This document shows, piece after piece, positions 18,244 to 29,038 of a stretch of 64,000 bases of DNA. Each line of letters starts with the position of its first letter. The first letter of the stretch is position 1. The notes below the pieces were generated by a model. The model was given only the letters and a program-made list of their open reading frames with translations. It had not been told where the DNA came from and ran no database searches. Origin of the DNA: Limnothrix sp. BL-A-16 (GTDB lineage: Bacteria; Cyanobacteriota; Cyanobacteriia; CACIAM-69d); assembly GCA_041937175.2 (NCBI GenBank), contig CP166615.1:4475750-4539749 (forward strand). Direction: 5' to 3'. A program made the position numbers and the translations under genes.

Positions 18244-20436
18244 ATGTTACCACTGAGGTTATTGAGCGGTTATGGCCCTGTAAGCGAGCGCGTAATGTCT
18301 GGATCCCCTTCGTCTTCGGATTTTTCGCCATCTACGTTGACATCCCCGGACAACTCTGCCATGGATCCGACTGTCTTCCCGCATCGCCCTGGTGATCATC
18401 GGGATCTGACGACATATCCAGCGCCGCTTGGGTCTCTTGGTGTGGGTTCATCTTCAGTTAGTGTTCCCCCAGAATCGATCGCCTCGGGATCGATCGCGCC
18501 GGGATCCGTCGTGTCCGGTTCTGTGCCATCTGATTCTGGGTCGCCAGGAGTGGTTGCGCCCGGATCTGGTGCGCCTGAATCTAGCCCGTCGGAGGCAACC
18601 GCGAACCCCAAGTCACCGACCGCCCCCCCCTCGCCAGGGCGATCGGGCATGACCATTGATGAACCCCTCGCGCTGCAACACTTGGGCGCTGAGTTGGCCT
18701 ATATCCAAGACAACGACGGTCATTATCGAGCGTTCCACTGGCGAGAAGCTGCCGCCGTGGGCCTCGATCCCCAACTCATTTGTGCGGCTCCGCCCGAAGA
18801 ACCCCTCTTTGGGCCAATCAGTTTGCCTGAGTATTTTGAGATTTTGAATCGGGTCATCTTGCAGGGTGCTCCAGAACGTTTAACTTGTCGCCTGGCCTGG
18901 GCGAATCAGTCGCGTACTTTTGATTTAGTGCTCAGTCCGATGCTGGGGGACGATGGGCGGGCCGATCGGGTGTTGGTCATGGGGCGATCGATTTCAACGC
19001 GATCGCACGAGCCAATGACTCCGGCAAATCTCCCTTCTGCCCTGGATGCTCATCAAAAGCTCCTGAGCAAAATTGCCACCAGCATTCGGCGCACCCTGCC
19101 CCTCAGTTCGGCTCTCTATCAAATTCTCTTGACCAAGATTGCGCGCAACATTCGCAAAACGCTTGATCTCGACACCATTTGGCAACAAACGGTCTGTGGC
19201 CTCGTCCAAGCCCTCAGTGTTTGTCGGGCCGTTGTTTGTGCCTACCCGGGCCCCCAGGAGGGGGTGGTGCGAGTTGTGGCGGAACATACCCGCAGCCCCA
19301 GCCCCCATCCGATGCTGGGCGCTGATCTTTCCGTGGCCCATGACACACCCATGGGGGAGGCGCTGATTAGCCTGGAACCCGTGGTGATGGATCGGCTGAA
19401 TCAGGATCCCTTTGGGAATCAGTCGGCAATTATTGTGGCGGCTCGTCACCAGGGCAAGGTGAATGGGTTGATTGCGCTCTATCAGTACGATCGCACCCGT
19501 CACTGGACGACGGCCGAAGCGGAACTGATGCGAGAGTTGGCCGACCAAGTGGGCACGGCGATCGCCCATGCCACCCTCTTTGCGGAAAGCCAAGCCCTGA
19601 CCCACGAGCTGCAAGAGAAAAACATTCACCTGATTCAAAAACAGCAGGAATTAGAGGAAGCCCGCGAACAGGCGGAAGAAGTCTCGCGGCTCAAGAGTGA
19701 ATTCTTGGCCAACACGTCCCACGAAATTCGCACGCCCCTGAACGGGGTGATTGGCTTTCTGAAGCTGATTTTGGATGGGATGGTGGACGATCCCGAAGAG
19801 CAGCAGGACTTTTTGCAGGAGGCTTACAACAGCGCCGTTCACCTGCTAAATATCCTGAACGACATTTTGGATATTGCCCGCATTGAGGCCGATCGCCTGG
19901 AATTGCACCTGGTGCCGGTGAACCTGCGGGAACTCTGTCGCCATGCTTCGGATTTCACCCTAGCCCAAATGCAGCAAAAGGGCTTGCGCTATGACTTGCA
20001 GCTCCCGGATACCCATGACGATGTGTTGATGTATGGGGACGATCAACGGTTGCTTCAGGTGTTGCTGAATCTGATTGGCAATGCCATCAAATTCACCCAC
20101 GAAGGCGGCATCACCGTCAGCGCCGATCTGATTTGGCAACCGGTGGTGGTGCAAAATCGTGAGCTACCGGGGTTGGTGCGAATTCGGGTGGCGGATACGG
20201 GCATTGGGGTCTCGTTGGATAAACAAGACCGGCTGTTCCAATCCTTCAGCCAGGTGGATGGGGCCCGCACCCGACGCTATGGGGGCACGGGGTTGGGTCT
20301 AGTGATTTCCCGGCGATTGGTGGAAGCGATGGGGGGGGATATGAACTTCTACAGCCTGGGTGAAGGGTTGGGTTCCACGGTGACCTTCACGGTTCCCCTC
20401 TATCAGGAACCGGTGATGCGATTGGTGGAAACTTAG
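18244..20436 (+). CDS. Cytoplasmic GAF-domain sensor histidine kinase
   Basis: IRKTLDLDTIWQQTV...[59 protein letters not shown]. Start uncertain; Pro/Ser-rich N-terminus. Confidence 0.9.
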   Translation: MLPLRLLSGYGPVSERVMSGSPSSSDFSPSTLTSPDNSAMDPTVFPHRPGDHRDLTTYPAPLGSLGVGSSSVSVPPESIASGSIAPGSVVSGSVPSDSGSPGVVAPGSGAPESSPSEATANPKSPTAPPSPGRSGMTIDEPLALQHLGAELAYIQDNDGHYRAFHWREAAAVGLDPQLICAAPPEEPLFGPISLPEYFEILNRVILQGAPERLTCRLAWANQSRTFDLVLSPMLGDDGRADRVLVMGRSISTRSHEPMTPANLPSALDAHQKLLSKIATSIRRTLPLSSALYQILLTKIARNIRKTLDLDTIWQQTVCGLVQALSVCRAVVCAYPGPQEGVVRVVAEHTRSPSPHPMLGADLSVAHDTPMGEALISLEPVVMDRLNQDPFGNQSAIIVAARHQGKVNGLIALYQYDRTRHWTTAEAELMRELADQVGTAIAHATLFAESQALTHELQEKNIHLIQKQQELEEAREQAEEVSRLKSEFLANTSHEIRTPLNGVIGFLKLILDGMVDDPEEQQDFLQEAYNSAVHLLNILNDILDIARIEADRLELHLVPVNLRELCRHASDFTLAQMQQKGLRYDLQLPDTHDDVLMYGDDQRLLQVLLNLIGNAIKFTHEGGITVSADLIWQPVVVQNRELPGLVRIRVADTGIGVSLDKQDRLFQSFSQVDGARTRRYGGTGLGLVISRRLVEAMGGDMNFYSLGEGLGSTVTFTVPLYQEPVMRLVET

Positions 20437-20449
20437 GGGCGATCGCCCG

Positions 20450-21973
20450 CTAGCGGCGACGGATTCGACCGAGGGTGGTGATATACAAAACCGCTTCGGC
20501 CGGGGGAATACCCAACACCTCGTTCACCTGGTTGTCAAAGAATCCGGCGATGCCACTGGCCCCTAAACCGAGGCGGATAGCCGCCAGGTTCAACCGTTGT
20601 CCTAGGTGGCCGCTGTCTAGATGTAAGTAGCGATAGGCGCGATCGCCATAGCGCTCGATCGCCGCGTCTAGGTCTGCCGTTTGGAATACCACCGCCGCCG
20701 CATCTCGCCCCAGTTCTTGGCCCAAGCAGAGGAAGTGCAACTCTTCTCGGAAATTCTTGAAGCGAATTTGCCGCAACTCGTTGGCCTGGGGCGCGTAGTA
20801 GTAGCAACCGGCTTCGAGACCTTCCACATCGGACACGGCCACAAAACTGTTGATCAAGTAGGGGTCGAAGTAGTCTGGGTTCGGATCGAGACCCTGCTCG
20901 GCGTAGTCGCGGGTTTGGTAAGCAAAGGTCAGGATGCTGGATAGGTCACTGAGGCTGAGGCTATCACCGCTGTAGGCCCGGGTTGAGCGACGGTGCAAGA
21001 TCGTGCGCTCCAACTCCTGAAGTTGCTGACCCCAATGGATCGGTGGTGCGGCGATCGGGACTTTGAGACCAAAGGGCAGATTGTACTTGTCGGCGGCGAC
21101 CAAGCGGTTGTCCTGGGTGAGCAAGCTGGGATCGATCGCGGCGGATTGGGAGGTGATCCGCGTGGCCTGGTGCAGATAGCGCAGCAGTTGACCATCGGGT
21201 AAGTCAGGATAGGCGCGATCGGCCCGCGAAGGCAGGGCGCTGGGGGCTGGCAGGTGCGGGCGATCGGGCCCCGTTCCTTCGGTGAGGGCCACCACCGCCG
21301 TCACACCCTCCTGTTCTGGTTCCAGAAACAACAGCCGTTCCAGTTGTTCATCGTCAAACCCACCGATCAGCGTGGCTTGATAGTCCACCAGGGAACAGGC
21401 CAGCGTGGCATTGGCCAACAAATGCCCCGTATCCAGACAAATGCGGCGATAGGCGCGATCGCCATAACGCCAGGCCGAGCGCTGAAAAACCGCCGTGGTC
21501 ACCAAGGCCAAGGAAGCGTCGGTTAACGCAGGGTGCTGAAAGCAGGCCGCTTGCAGATCGGGCCAAAGGGCGCTGTCCCACACCTGAACCAAACCATGGG
21601 TTTTCACTTGGTAGTGATATAGCCCCGCCGCCAAGGGGCCATTGCCCGGCGACAACAGATAAACCTCCGCTGGGTACAGCCCCCCCGCCGAAGGAGCCGA
21701 ACGGAGCGCCACGCCCATTTGCGGCAACCGAGCCGTGATCCCATAGGCGCAATAGAGCAACTTGGACAGTCGCCGCCACCAGGTCGCGATCGGGCTGTCT
21801 AAAACATCGATCGCGCTGGGCTTGAGATCCAGCACTGTGCCAAATCGATAATCCTTGTATAGTTCCGGGCGATCGTCCCAATTCAGCGGTCGAGATTGAC
21901 GCTCGATCGTTTCAGGATCATACTTAGTGCGCTCGTGATAGTACTGAGCGATAGACAACTCTACCTCGGGCAT
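20450..21973 (-). CDS. SagB/ThcOx-family nitroreductase-like dehydrogenase (tandem domains)
   Basis: YHERTKY, RSAPSAGGLYPAEVY, RYGDRAYR (twice), RRSTR. Probable start MPEVELS at 21973. Confidence 0.88.
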   Translation of the reverse strand: MPEVELSIAQYYHERTKYDPETIERQSRPLNWDDRPELYKDYRFGTVLDLKPSAIDVLDSPIATWWRRLSKLLYCAYGITARLPQMGVALRSAPSAGGLYPAEVYLLSPGNGPLAAGLYHYQVKTHGLVQVWDSALWPDLQAACFQHPALTDASLALVTTAVFQRSAWRYGDRAYRRICLDTGHLLANATLACSLVDYQATLIGGFDDEQLERLLFLEPEQEGVTAVVALTEGTGPDRPHLPAPSALPSRADRAYPDLPDGQLLRYLHQATRITSQSAAIDPSLLTQDNRLVAADKYNLPFGLKVPIAAPPIHWGQQLQELERTILHRRSTRAYSGDSLSLSDLSSILTFAYQTRDYAEQGLDPNPDYFDPYLINSFVAVSDVEGLEAGCYYYAPQANELRQIRFKNFREELHFLCLGQELGRDAAAVVFQTADLDAAIERYGDRAYRYLHLDSGHLGQRLNLAAIRLGLGASGIAGFFDNQVNEVLGIPPAEAVLYITTLGRIRRR

Positions 21974-22898
21974 GGCTTCCAATTGAACGAGGAACGATCG
22001 CGCAATCAATATCCAACAACAACGGGGACAAATCAATCCACTCGCGGTAAACATCATCCCCTAATTACACCCCCGATCGTCCCACCCCGGGAGCAAGATC
22101 AAACATCAGCGCCGTGGGTTACATCGCCCCATTCCGAATCAACGACGTGGCAACCTGGGAGAACTTTTGGAAATGGCTTAATGATGATTTTTTTAAATCA
22201 ACTGATAATTATTATTGATTAATAAATTTGCCCTCCATCCAATTCTGAATCGGCTGCTGATCCCGCTTCCATCGCGAGCCTATGCAGACACTCCTGCTCC
22301 TGGGGGCGTGAATTTGGCCGGTGGCTCCAGCTCGCAATTTACACCACTGCCGGAGTTGGGATCTCTCAGAAAGCCTAGGGGTCTTCAAAGCGATCAGGGG
22401 ATCGTGATGTCTATGAATTTAATTATTTTTTGGCAATTTTAAATATGTTTTCCTGGTTTGTGATTCTCTCGGTTATTTTCTGATGCAACCTCCCGATCGC
22501 CGCTGGGATTGCTGAAGAAGCAAATTCACAAACTGACAAAATTGATACCTAATCATGGACTGGAAAGACAGTAACTCCAGAAATTGAATCTAAAAAAAAT
22601 CTTAGGTCTGCAAAAATATCCGAAAAATTCTGATAGAAAACGATTGAATTTTAGAAAAATTCTGACTTCTTCCTGAGACCTACAGTCAGCCAATATTCAG
22701 CCAATATTAGTTAATTAAGCTTTCGTCGATGGTTTAGGAATGCAGCCCAAAATTTGCCCAGTCAGTCATCACCCCAAGGGGTTACCCCGGCAGTAGAATA
22801 AGCTCCCGCCACCACTTTGGGCAGAAATTGAGCCGAAACTGACCTGTCACCGTCGCTCCCGCCGTCGCCCGGGAGCCTGTTGTATCGTCGTCGATGGT

Positions 22899-23471
22899 AT
22901 GCAAAAACTGACCGTAGCAGAGCTTCAAGCTGCATATCAGCAAGGTCAACGCAATTTTCAAAAAAGTGATCTTCAGGGAGTGGATCTGTTCGCAGCCTCA
23001 TTACCAGACATTGACCTGCAACAGAGTTGTTTGGTCATGGCCTATCTGCCCTATGCCAACTTGAGCCAAGCGCAACTGACACAAGTTCAAGGACAACGGA
23101 TGGAACTGGGGAACGCCCAGCTCTACCAGGCCAACTTGGCGGGTGCGAATTTGCAGGAGTCCCAATGTGTGCGCAGCAACTTTCGCTATGCCAATCTGCG
23201 ATCGGCCGATTTGCGTCATGCAAACCTCTGTGGGGCAGATCTATATAGTGCCGATCTGCGGGAGGCGGATTTGCGAGGGGCCGATTTGACCAGTGCCAAC
23301 CTGAAGTCAGCGCACTTGGAAGGGGCTAAACTCCAGCGGGCTAATCTGTTTCGGGCGAAGGATCCGGATCTTTCCCAAGCATTTTATGACCATACAACGC
23401 TGCTCCCCGATGGCTACCGAGCCATGGAAAACGACCGCCAATCGCCAACCGGTCAGCAGTCTTTGGATTAG
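22899..23471 (+). CDS. Pentapeptide repeat protein
   Basis: YQQGQRNF start followed by A(D/N)LxxA repeats. Confidence 0.92.
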   Translation: MQKLTVAELQAAYQQGQRNFQKSDLQGVDLFAASLPDIDLQQSCLVMAYLPYANLSQAQLTQVQGQRMELGNAQLYQANLAGANLQESQCVRSNFRYANLRSADLRHANLCGADLYSADLREADLRGADLTSANLKSAHLEGAKLQRANLFRAKDPDLSQAFYDHTTLLPDGYRAMENDRQSPTGQQSLD

Positions 23472-23557
23472 TTAGATTAGACAGTGCTCTGGATTGACGG
23501 GGCAATTCAACTCGCCCCTACAATGGCGGTTGATGCTCGGAAAGCGTAGATGGGGTC

Positions 23558-24046
23558 ATGGCACAGGAACAGCGCATTGATGGAAAAGTCACGGTGACCC
23601 CAAAAGAGGGCCGATCGCCCCGAAAGCCAGCGTTGCAGTCCTGGGGCTGGCTGTCTTTGGGGGTGTTGGGCTTGGGGATGTTCGGGGCTTGGCAAGCGCA
23701 GGCCCAAACTCAGCCGTCGGGCGCTGCGGCGATCGCCCAATATGCCGATGCGGTGTTGGCGATCGAGCCGGTGCGTCAGGCTGCGGCGAGCCAACTGAAA
23801 ACCGTGATGGGCGATCGGCCCTTGCCGGTGGTGATTTGCTCTCAGGGCGATACGGTGAAATCGCTGTCGCGGGAGGCGCGGGAAATTGCCGTTTCCTTCT
23901 GCAACCAAACCAAGGGCATTATTGAGGGAACGGGCCTCTCGATCGCCCAGTTTAATCAAATGACTCAAACCCACGCGATCGATCCTGCCCTGCGCCAACG
24001 GATCCAAGAGGAGTTGGTGAAGCTACAGGCTCCCTCGCAGCCCTAA
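23558..24046 (+). CDS. Secreted DUF4168-like protein
   Basis: Signal peptide ending AQA; YADAVLAIEPVRQ...FCNQ...GLSIAQFNQMT...DPALRQRIQ. Confidence 0.7.
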   Translation: MAQEQRIDGKVTVTPKEGRSPRKPALQSWGWLSLGVLGLGMFGAWQAQAQTQPSGAAAIAQYADAVLAIEPVRQAAASQLKTVMGDRPLPVVICSQGDTVKSLSREAREIAVSFCNQTKGIIEGTGLSIAQFNQMTQTHAIDPALRQRIQEELVKLQAPSQP

Positions 24047-24069
24047 TTTTTTGCAGCACTCAGGACAAC

Positions 24070-24103
24070 AAAAAGCACCCCGCGATATGAACGCTGGGGT
24101 GCT
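24070..24103 (-). terminator. Rho-independent terminator downstream of the porin gene
   Basis: AGCACCCC...GGGGTGCT stem with a T-run on the minus strand. Confidence 0.65.
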
Positions 24104-24268
24104 CAATTTGGTATCGGATTGAGAAAACGCTTGCAGTTGAGACTTGGCATCAAGGCAACCCATCCATATAGACCGATTGCCTTGAACCTCCCAGCCTGTC
24201 CGGATTGCAACCACGCCTGATCACGCCATCGGCAGAGCTGGCGGTGGTGGCAACGATTCCGGCCAGTT

Positions 24269-25855
24269 CTAGAACTTGAACTCGGTGCGCAGTACACCCA
24301 TCACAGCCGTATCACCGTTGTCGTTGGCATCAAACACAGCCACCACACCCGGAGTCAGGTAGATGTTGTCATTGAGCGCGAACTTGTACATGGCTTCCAC
24401 CAGAATCGGCGTGTTGTCGTCTTCTTCAACGCCGTCGGCATTCACCACCGTCGGCGGTTGACCCACCGTCAGTGCGCCCATGCTGCCTTCCTTGCCCAGG
24501 TCGGGGAAGGTGAAGCCCACACCCCAGGTCAGAATGTCAGCATTCGCATCATCGTTGTTCAGGCTGTCGGCCCAGGTGTAGCCGAAGAAGCCATGCATCC
24601 CGAAGTGCTCCGAGAAGCGGTATTGGGTTTGGAAGCCAATGTTGTCGCTATCGAAGGAGTCGCCGTTAAACAGGTTGAAGGTGTTCTTCGTGCCCGAGCC
24701 GCCCAGGACGTTGAAGGGGCGATCGACCCGAGAGTAGTAGGAGTGGGCGTAAAGCAGACCGGCCGAGAAGCGATCGTTGGAACTGGTGTAGTTCAAGCTG
24801 ACGCTGGCGCTGTAGCTGCCGTCAAACAAACCACGACCTTCATCGGGGCTGGCGGAGTTGCCGGCCGAGTAGAGCGCGGCCACCGTGAAGTTGTCGCTAG
24901 CCCGCCAACGAATCCCCGCACCACCATAGGTGGGTTGGCGATAGATCGGGTTCAAGTCGGCAAAGGCGCTGATGGCTCCATTCCCGCCGCCATAGAGGGG
25001 GGTGTGAACCGGGTGGGCATCTTCGAGCAGCAAATCTTGACCCACGATCGCCGTGGCGCGATCGCTCAGGGGGAACTCATAGGCCAAGAAGGTCAGGCGG
25101 AAGTTCGTATCGGAACCGTTGCCGTAGCTGAGGTTGGTTAGCCCCGTCACATCGTTCAGCGGGCTGCGAACGCTGTTGGATTCCAAACGGGTGAACAGCT
25201 TGTCCTTTCCGGTGAAGCTTGTGACCAACAGCAACCGCGTCCGTTGGCTGAAGGTAACGTTTTCTGCGCCGCTGTCGTCGCTGTCGTCACCCGTGAGCGT
25301 GCCACCCTGCATTCCGAAGATCACCTGACCGGACAGCTTGGTGGTGGTTGAAAACTGGTTGGCTTCCAGTTCCGAAGTGCGTGCTTCCAGGGAATCAACC
25401 CGGCCGCGCAGGGCTGCCAACTCAGCGGCAAATTCTTCTTGCAGCTTTTGCAGCTTCCGCAAATCTTCCTTGGTGGCCAGCGGGTCGGTGGCGGCCTTGA
25501 TCAGGTCATTGATCCGATCGAGGCAAGCATTCAAACCAGCGGCGAACTCGTAGCGGCTGAGGGGGCGGTTGCCCTTGAAGGTGCCATCGGGATAGCCCGC
25601 AATACAGCCGTAGCGCTCCACCAGGGACTGCAATGCCTGGAAGGCCCAATCGGTGGGCTGCACATCAGACAGTTGCGAGACGGAAGTTACTTGATCCAGC
25701 GCCATTTCCGAGTCGATCGACCCGAGCAGCGTCGCTTCCGTGGAGGCGTTCACCCCAACCGGACTTTCAGCAGCCGCGCGATCGGCCGTGCCCAACATTG
25801 CCCCACCCGAAATAGCCAAGGCGGCCATCAGGATTCCATAGCGACTTTTCAACAC
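24269..25855 (-). CDS. Cyanobacterial SLH-domain/OprB outer-membrane porin ('iron uptake porin' family)
   Basis: QVTSVSQLSDVQPTDWAFQALQSLVERYGCIAGYPDG, QFSTTTKL, C-terminal LRTEFKF. Confidence 0.93.
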   Translation of the reverse strand: MLKSRYGILMAALAISGGAMLGTADRAAAESPVGVNASTEATLLGSIDSEMALDQVTSVSQLSDVQPTDWAFQALQSLVERYGCIAGYPDGTFKGNRPLSRYEFAAGLNACLDRINDLIKAATDPLATKEDLRKLQKLQEEFAAELAALRGRVDSLEARTSELEANQFSTTTKLSGQVIFGMQGGTLTGDDSDDSGAENVTFSQRTRLLLVTSFTGKDKLFTRLESNSVRSPLNDVTGLTNLSYGNGSDTNFRLTFLAYEFPLSDRATAIVGQDLLLEDAHPVHTPLYGGGNGAISAFADLNPIYRQPTYGGAGIRWRASDNFTVAALYSAGNSASPDEGRGLFDGSYSASVSLNYTSSNDRFSAGLLYAHSYYSRVDRPFNVLGGSGTKNTFNLFNGDSFDSDNIGFQTQYRFSEHFGMHGFFGYTWADSLNNDDANADILTWGVGFTFPDLGKEGSMGALTVGQPPTVVNADGVEEDDNTPILVEAMYKFALNDNIYLTPGVVAVFDANDNGDTAVMGVLRTEFKF

Positions 25856-26102
25856 GATCTATCCTCACACCAAAACTTTAGGAAATCCTCGTTCAGCTCA
25901 TCACCCTTGCAAACAACGGCGAACAAGCTAATCCTGATAGTAAATAATCAGTAAGGATTTGGTTAAGTATCGGTTATAACTTTTTTTTCAAAACAGCACA
26001 ACACCCAAGTTATCGAATAGCGACAATCAGAATCTGTAATGGTGGCCACCGTTGAAACTCGTCCCCATCAGGACTTTCAGAAAAACGGGAAAATTTTTTT
26101 CT

Positions 26103-26144
26103 GTATCCTCAGATACAACGACCTATATTTCAGCGCCCTAGGAT
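26103..26144 (+). promoter_or_regulatory. Canonical NtcA-activated promoter of the urt operon
   Basis: GTA-TCCTCAGA-TAC (26103-26116), exactly 22 nt spacer, then TAGGAT (TAN3T, 26139-26144). Confidence 0.85.
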
Positions 26145-26251
26145 GACGCTAAAATCGGGACAAGCCAGGGCTTTTTTGAGTCCTTTATCCAGGCAATAAG
26201 CGGGGTTTGTAACTGATTTTTACGCAAAGCTGAGGAGTGTAAAACAATACA

Positions 26252-27574
26252 ATGTCCGGTCAATTTAATCGCCGTAAATTTCTGTTTTACGGCTCCGCTG
26301 CCCTGAGTGCCAGTGTTTTACTCAAGGCCTGTGGCCAAGCCCCGGAAAGCGCTCCATCGCCGGGTAGCCCTAGCCCCGGGGCTAGTCCCGCCGGATCTCC
26401 CGCTGCTAGTGGTGACACGATCAAAGTCGGTGTTCTGCATTCCCAGAGCGGCACGATGGCGATCAGCGAAAAGAGCGTGATCGATGCTGAACTGCTGGCG
26501 ATCGAAGAGATCAACAAGGCCGGCGGTGTCCTGGGCAAGCAAATCGAGCCGGTTGTGGAAGATGGAGCCTCTGACTGGCCCACCTTCGCAGAAAAGGCGA
26601 AAAAGCTGATCGACCAAGACAAGGTGGTCACCATTTTTGGTTGCTGGACCTCTGCCAGCCGCAAAGCAGTGCTGCCGGTCTTCGAGGAGAAGAAGCACAT
26701 GCTTTGGTATCCCGTGCAGTATGAGGGGCAGGAATGTTCCCAAAACATCTTCTACACGGGCGCTGCGCCGAACCAACAGATTGAACCGGCCGTTGAGTGG
26801 CTGTTCAAAAACAAAGGTAAAGAATTCTTCCTGGTCGGTTCTGACTACGTTTTCCCGAGAACTGCCAACACGATCATCAAAGCCCAAGTGGAGAAGCTGG
26901 GCGGCAAAATCGTTGGTGAAGACTACATTCCCCTGGGCGGCACGGAAGTTACGCCCATCATCACCAAGATTCGCAGCGCTCTGCCGAACGGTGGCGTAAT
27001 CTTCAACTCCTTGAACGGCGACAGTAACGTTGCTTTCTTCAAGCAGTTGCAAGGGGCTGGTTTGGGCCCTGATAAATATCCTTCGATGTCCGTGAGTATT
27101 GCGGAAGAAGAAGTGAAGGCGATCGGGGTGGAATACCTGGAAGGTCACTACGCCGCTTGGAACTACTTCATGTCGGTGGATTCTCCGGCGAACAAGAAAT
27201 TCGTGGATGCGTTCAAGGCTAAATATGGCCCCGATCGCGTGACGAATGACCCCATGGAAGCGGCCTACATTGCCGTTTATCTGTGGAAGCAAGCCGTTGA
27301 AAAGGCGAAGACCGCCGATGATCTGGGGAAAGTGCGGGCGGCTGCCTATGGCCAAACCTTCGATGCCCCAGAAGGAATGGTGACCATGAATGCGAACCAT
27401 CACCTGTCGAAGGTGGTGCGGATTGGCGAAATCGAAAAGAGCGGTCAATTCAAGGTCGTGTTTTCAACGGATAAGGCGATCGAGCCGGTGCCCTGGAACC
27501 AATTTGTGGCTGAAACCAAGGGCTTCGCTTGCGACTGGTCGGATCCGAAGAAGGGCGGCAAGTACAAGATCTAA
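26252..27574 (+). CDS. urtA: Urea ABC transporter substrate-binding protein
   Basis: Tat-like RRKFL leader; [38 protein letters not shown]. Confidence 0.95.
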   Translation: MSGQFNRRKFLFYGSAALSASVLLKACGQAPESAPSPGSPSPGASPAGSPAASGDTIKVGVLHSQSGTMAISEKSVIDAELLAIEEINKAGGVLGKQIEPVVEDGASDWPTFAEKAKKLIDQDKVVTIFGCWTSASRKAVLPVFEEKKHMLWYPVQYEGQECSQNIFYTGAAPNQQIEPAVEWLFKNKGKEFFLVGSDYVFPRTANTIIKAQVEKLGGKIVGEDYIPLGGTEVTPIITKIRSALPNGGVIFNSLNGDSNVAFFKQLQGAGLGPDKYPSMSVSIAEEEVKAIGVEYLEGHYAAWNYFMSVDSPANKKFVDAFKAKYGPDRVTNDPMEAAYIAVYLWKQAVEKAKTADDLGKVRAAAYGQTFDAPEGMVTMNANHHLSKVVRIGEIEKSGQFKVVFSTDKAIEPVPWNQFVAETKGFACDWSDPKKGGKYKI

Positions 27575-27744
27575 GCCATTTGATCTTTGTAACCCTGATG
27601 ATGCTTGGCGGGCAATAGCCACTGCATAGGCATCGGTTCTACAGCAGCCAAGGGGCAGTCGGCCAAGTCGTCACTGCCCCTTTGTTGTTGAAGGGCCATG
27701 GTAATGAGGTTTATTTCACCCGCACACTCAACCCAGTTCTTGAG

Positions 27745-28893
27745 ATGCTTGATGCCATTTTTAGCGGAATTAGCATTGGCTCCGTGTTGCTGATTGCAGC
27801 ATTAGGCCTGGCGATTGTGTTTGGGCTAATGGGTGTGATTAATATGGCCCACGGCGAGCTGATGATGCTCGGAGCCTACACAACGTTTTTGGTTCAGAAT
27901 CTGTTCAAATCCTTCGGTGAGGGGGCGTTTGAAATTTATATTTTCCCAGCGCTGATTGCTGCTTTCATTGTCACAGCGATCGCGGGGGTGATTTTGGAGC
28001 GAGGGGTGGTGCGATTTCTCTACGGTCGCCCCCTGGAAACCCTGTTGGCTACCTGGGGGGTGAGCCTGATGTTGCAGCAATTTGTTCGCAGCATTAATTG
28101 GGTGATGGCGATCGGGCTGGTGCTGTTTTGCGCCCTCTTTTTTGGGGCTTGGGGGTTGTTGGGGAAACGGGCCAATTGGGTGGCGATCAAAACTCAGGCC
28201 TTGAGCATTTTGTTGCCGGTGTCGGCGGGGATTTCAATCGCCGTGGGCAGCCTGTTAGCTCAACAATTCAAGTTAACGGTCACCAAGCCCTGGTTCGGGG
28301 CCCAAAACGTGGATGTGACGGCTCCCCGCTGGCTGCGGGGTGGAATTCCGATCGGGGATTCGCAACTCCCGTCCACCCGCTTATTCATCATTGCCCTGAC
28401 GATTCTTTGCCTCTTTGGCCTGTATTGGTTCCTGAATCGATCGCTCTGGGGCCTGCGCATCCGTGCCGTCACCCAAAATCGCAGCATGAGCGCCTGCTTG
28501 GGCATTGCCACCAACACCGTGGATTCTTTGACCTTTGCACTGGGTTCCGGACTGGCGGGAATTGCGGGCAGCGCGATCGCCCTGTTGGGTTCCGTGGGCC
28601 CCAACACCGGCCAAAACTACATCGTTGACACCTTCATGGTGGTGGTGGTGGGCGGCGTTGGCAAACTGGTTGGCTCGATCGTTGCCGCATTGGCCATTGG
28701 GACTGCGAGTTTCCTGATTGGTTCCGGTACTTTGGCCGCCGTGTTTGCAACGGTTCCGCCCCTGGCGGAGTTCTTTAACTTCTTTGCCACCGCCAGCATG
28801 GCCAAGGTGATGGTTTTTGCCGCCATCATCGTCTTTTTGCAAGTGCGTCCGGGCGGTCTTTTTCCCCAAAAGGGACGGACGGTTGAGTCCTAA
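27745..28893 (+). CDS. urtB: Urea ABC transporter permease
   Basis: GLMGVINMAHGE, RPLETLLATWG, RAVTQNR. Probable start near 27745. Confidence 0.93.
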   Translation: MLDAIFSGISIGSVLLIAALGLAIVFGLMGVINMAHGELMMLGAYTTFLVQNLFKSFGEGAFEIYIFPALIAAFIVTAIAGVILERGVVRFLYGRPLETLLATWGVSLMLQQFVRSINWVMAIGLVLFCALFFGAWGLLGKRANWVAIKTQALSILLPVSAGISIAVGSLLAQQFKLTVTKPWFGAQNVDVTAPRWLRGGIPIGDSQLPSTRLFIIALTILCLFGLYWFLNRSLWGLRIRAVTQNRSMSACLGIATNTVDSLTFALGSGLAGIAGSAIALLGSVGPNTGQNYIVDTFMVVVVGGVGKLVGSIVAALAIGTASFLIGSGTLAAVFATVPPLAEFFNFFATASMAKVMVFAAIIVFLQVRPGGLFPQKGRTVES

Positions 28894-29038
28894 ACCGTGA
28901 TCTGGAAGCCTTGTTCTAGCGTTCGGATCGCTCTAAATTGCACATCTTTCCAGTTTCGATGCTTCAGTTTCGATTCTCAAATTCCAATTCGAGAATTGCA
29001 GCAATTGCTAACGACAATCCTCATTGCGGGATGTGAGT

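Noticed and set aside
20450..21973. SagB-like gene as a RiPP (TOMM/cyanobactin) cluster
   Set aside because: No YcaO, protease, transporter or precursor peptide nearby; stand-alone copies are common in cyanobacteria.
22060..22898. Long intergenic region as a possible riboswitch or ncRNA
   Set aside because: No conserved RNA motif recognisable by eye; an Rfam/Infernal scan would be needed.
26318..27448. 376-aa minus-strand ORF
   Set aside because: Antisense shadow of urtA.
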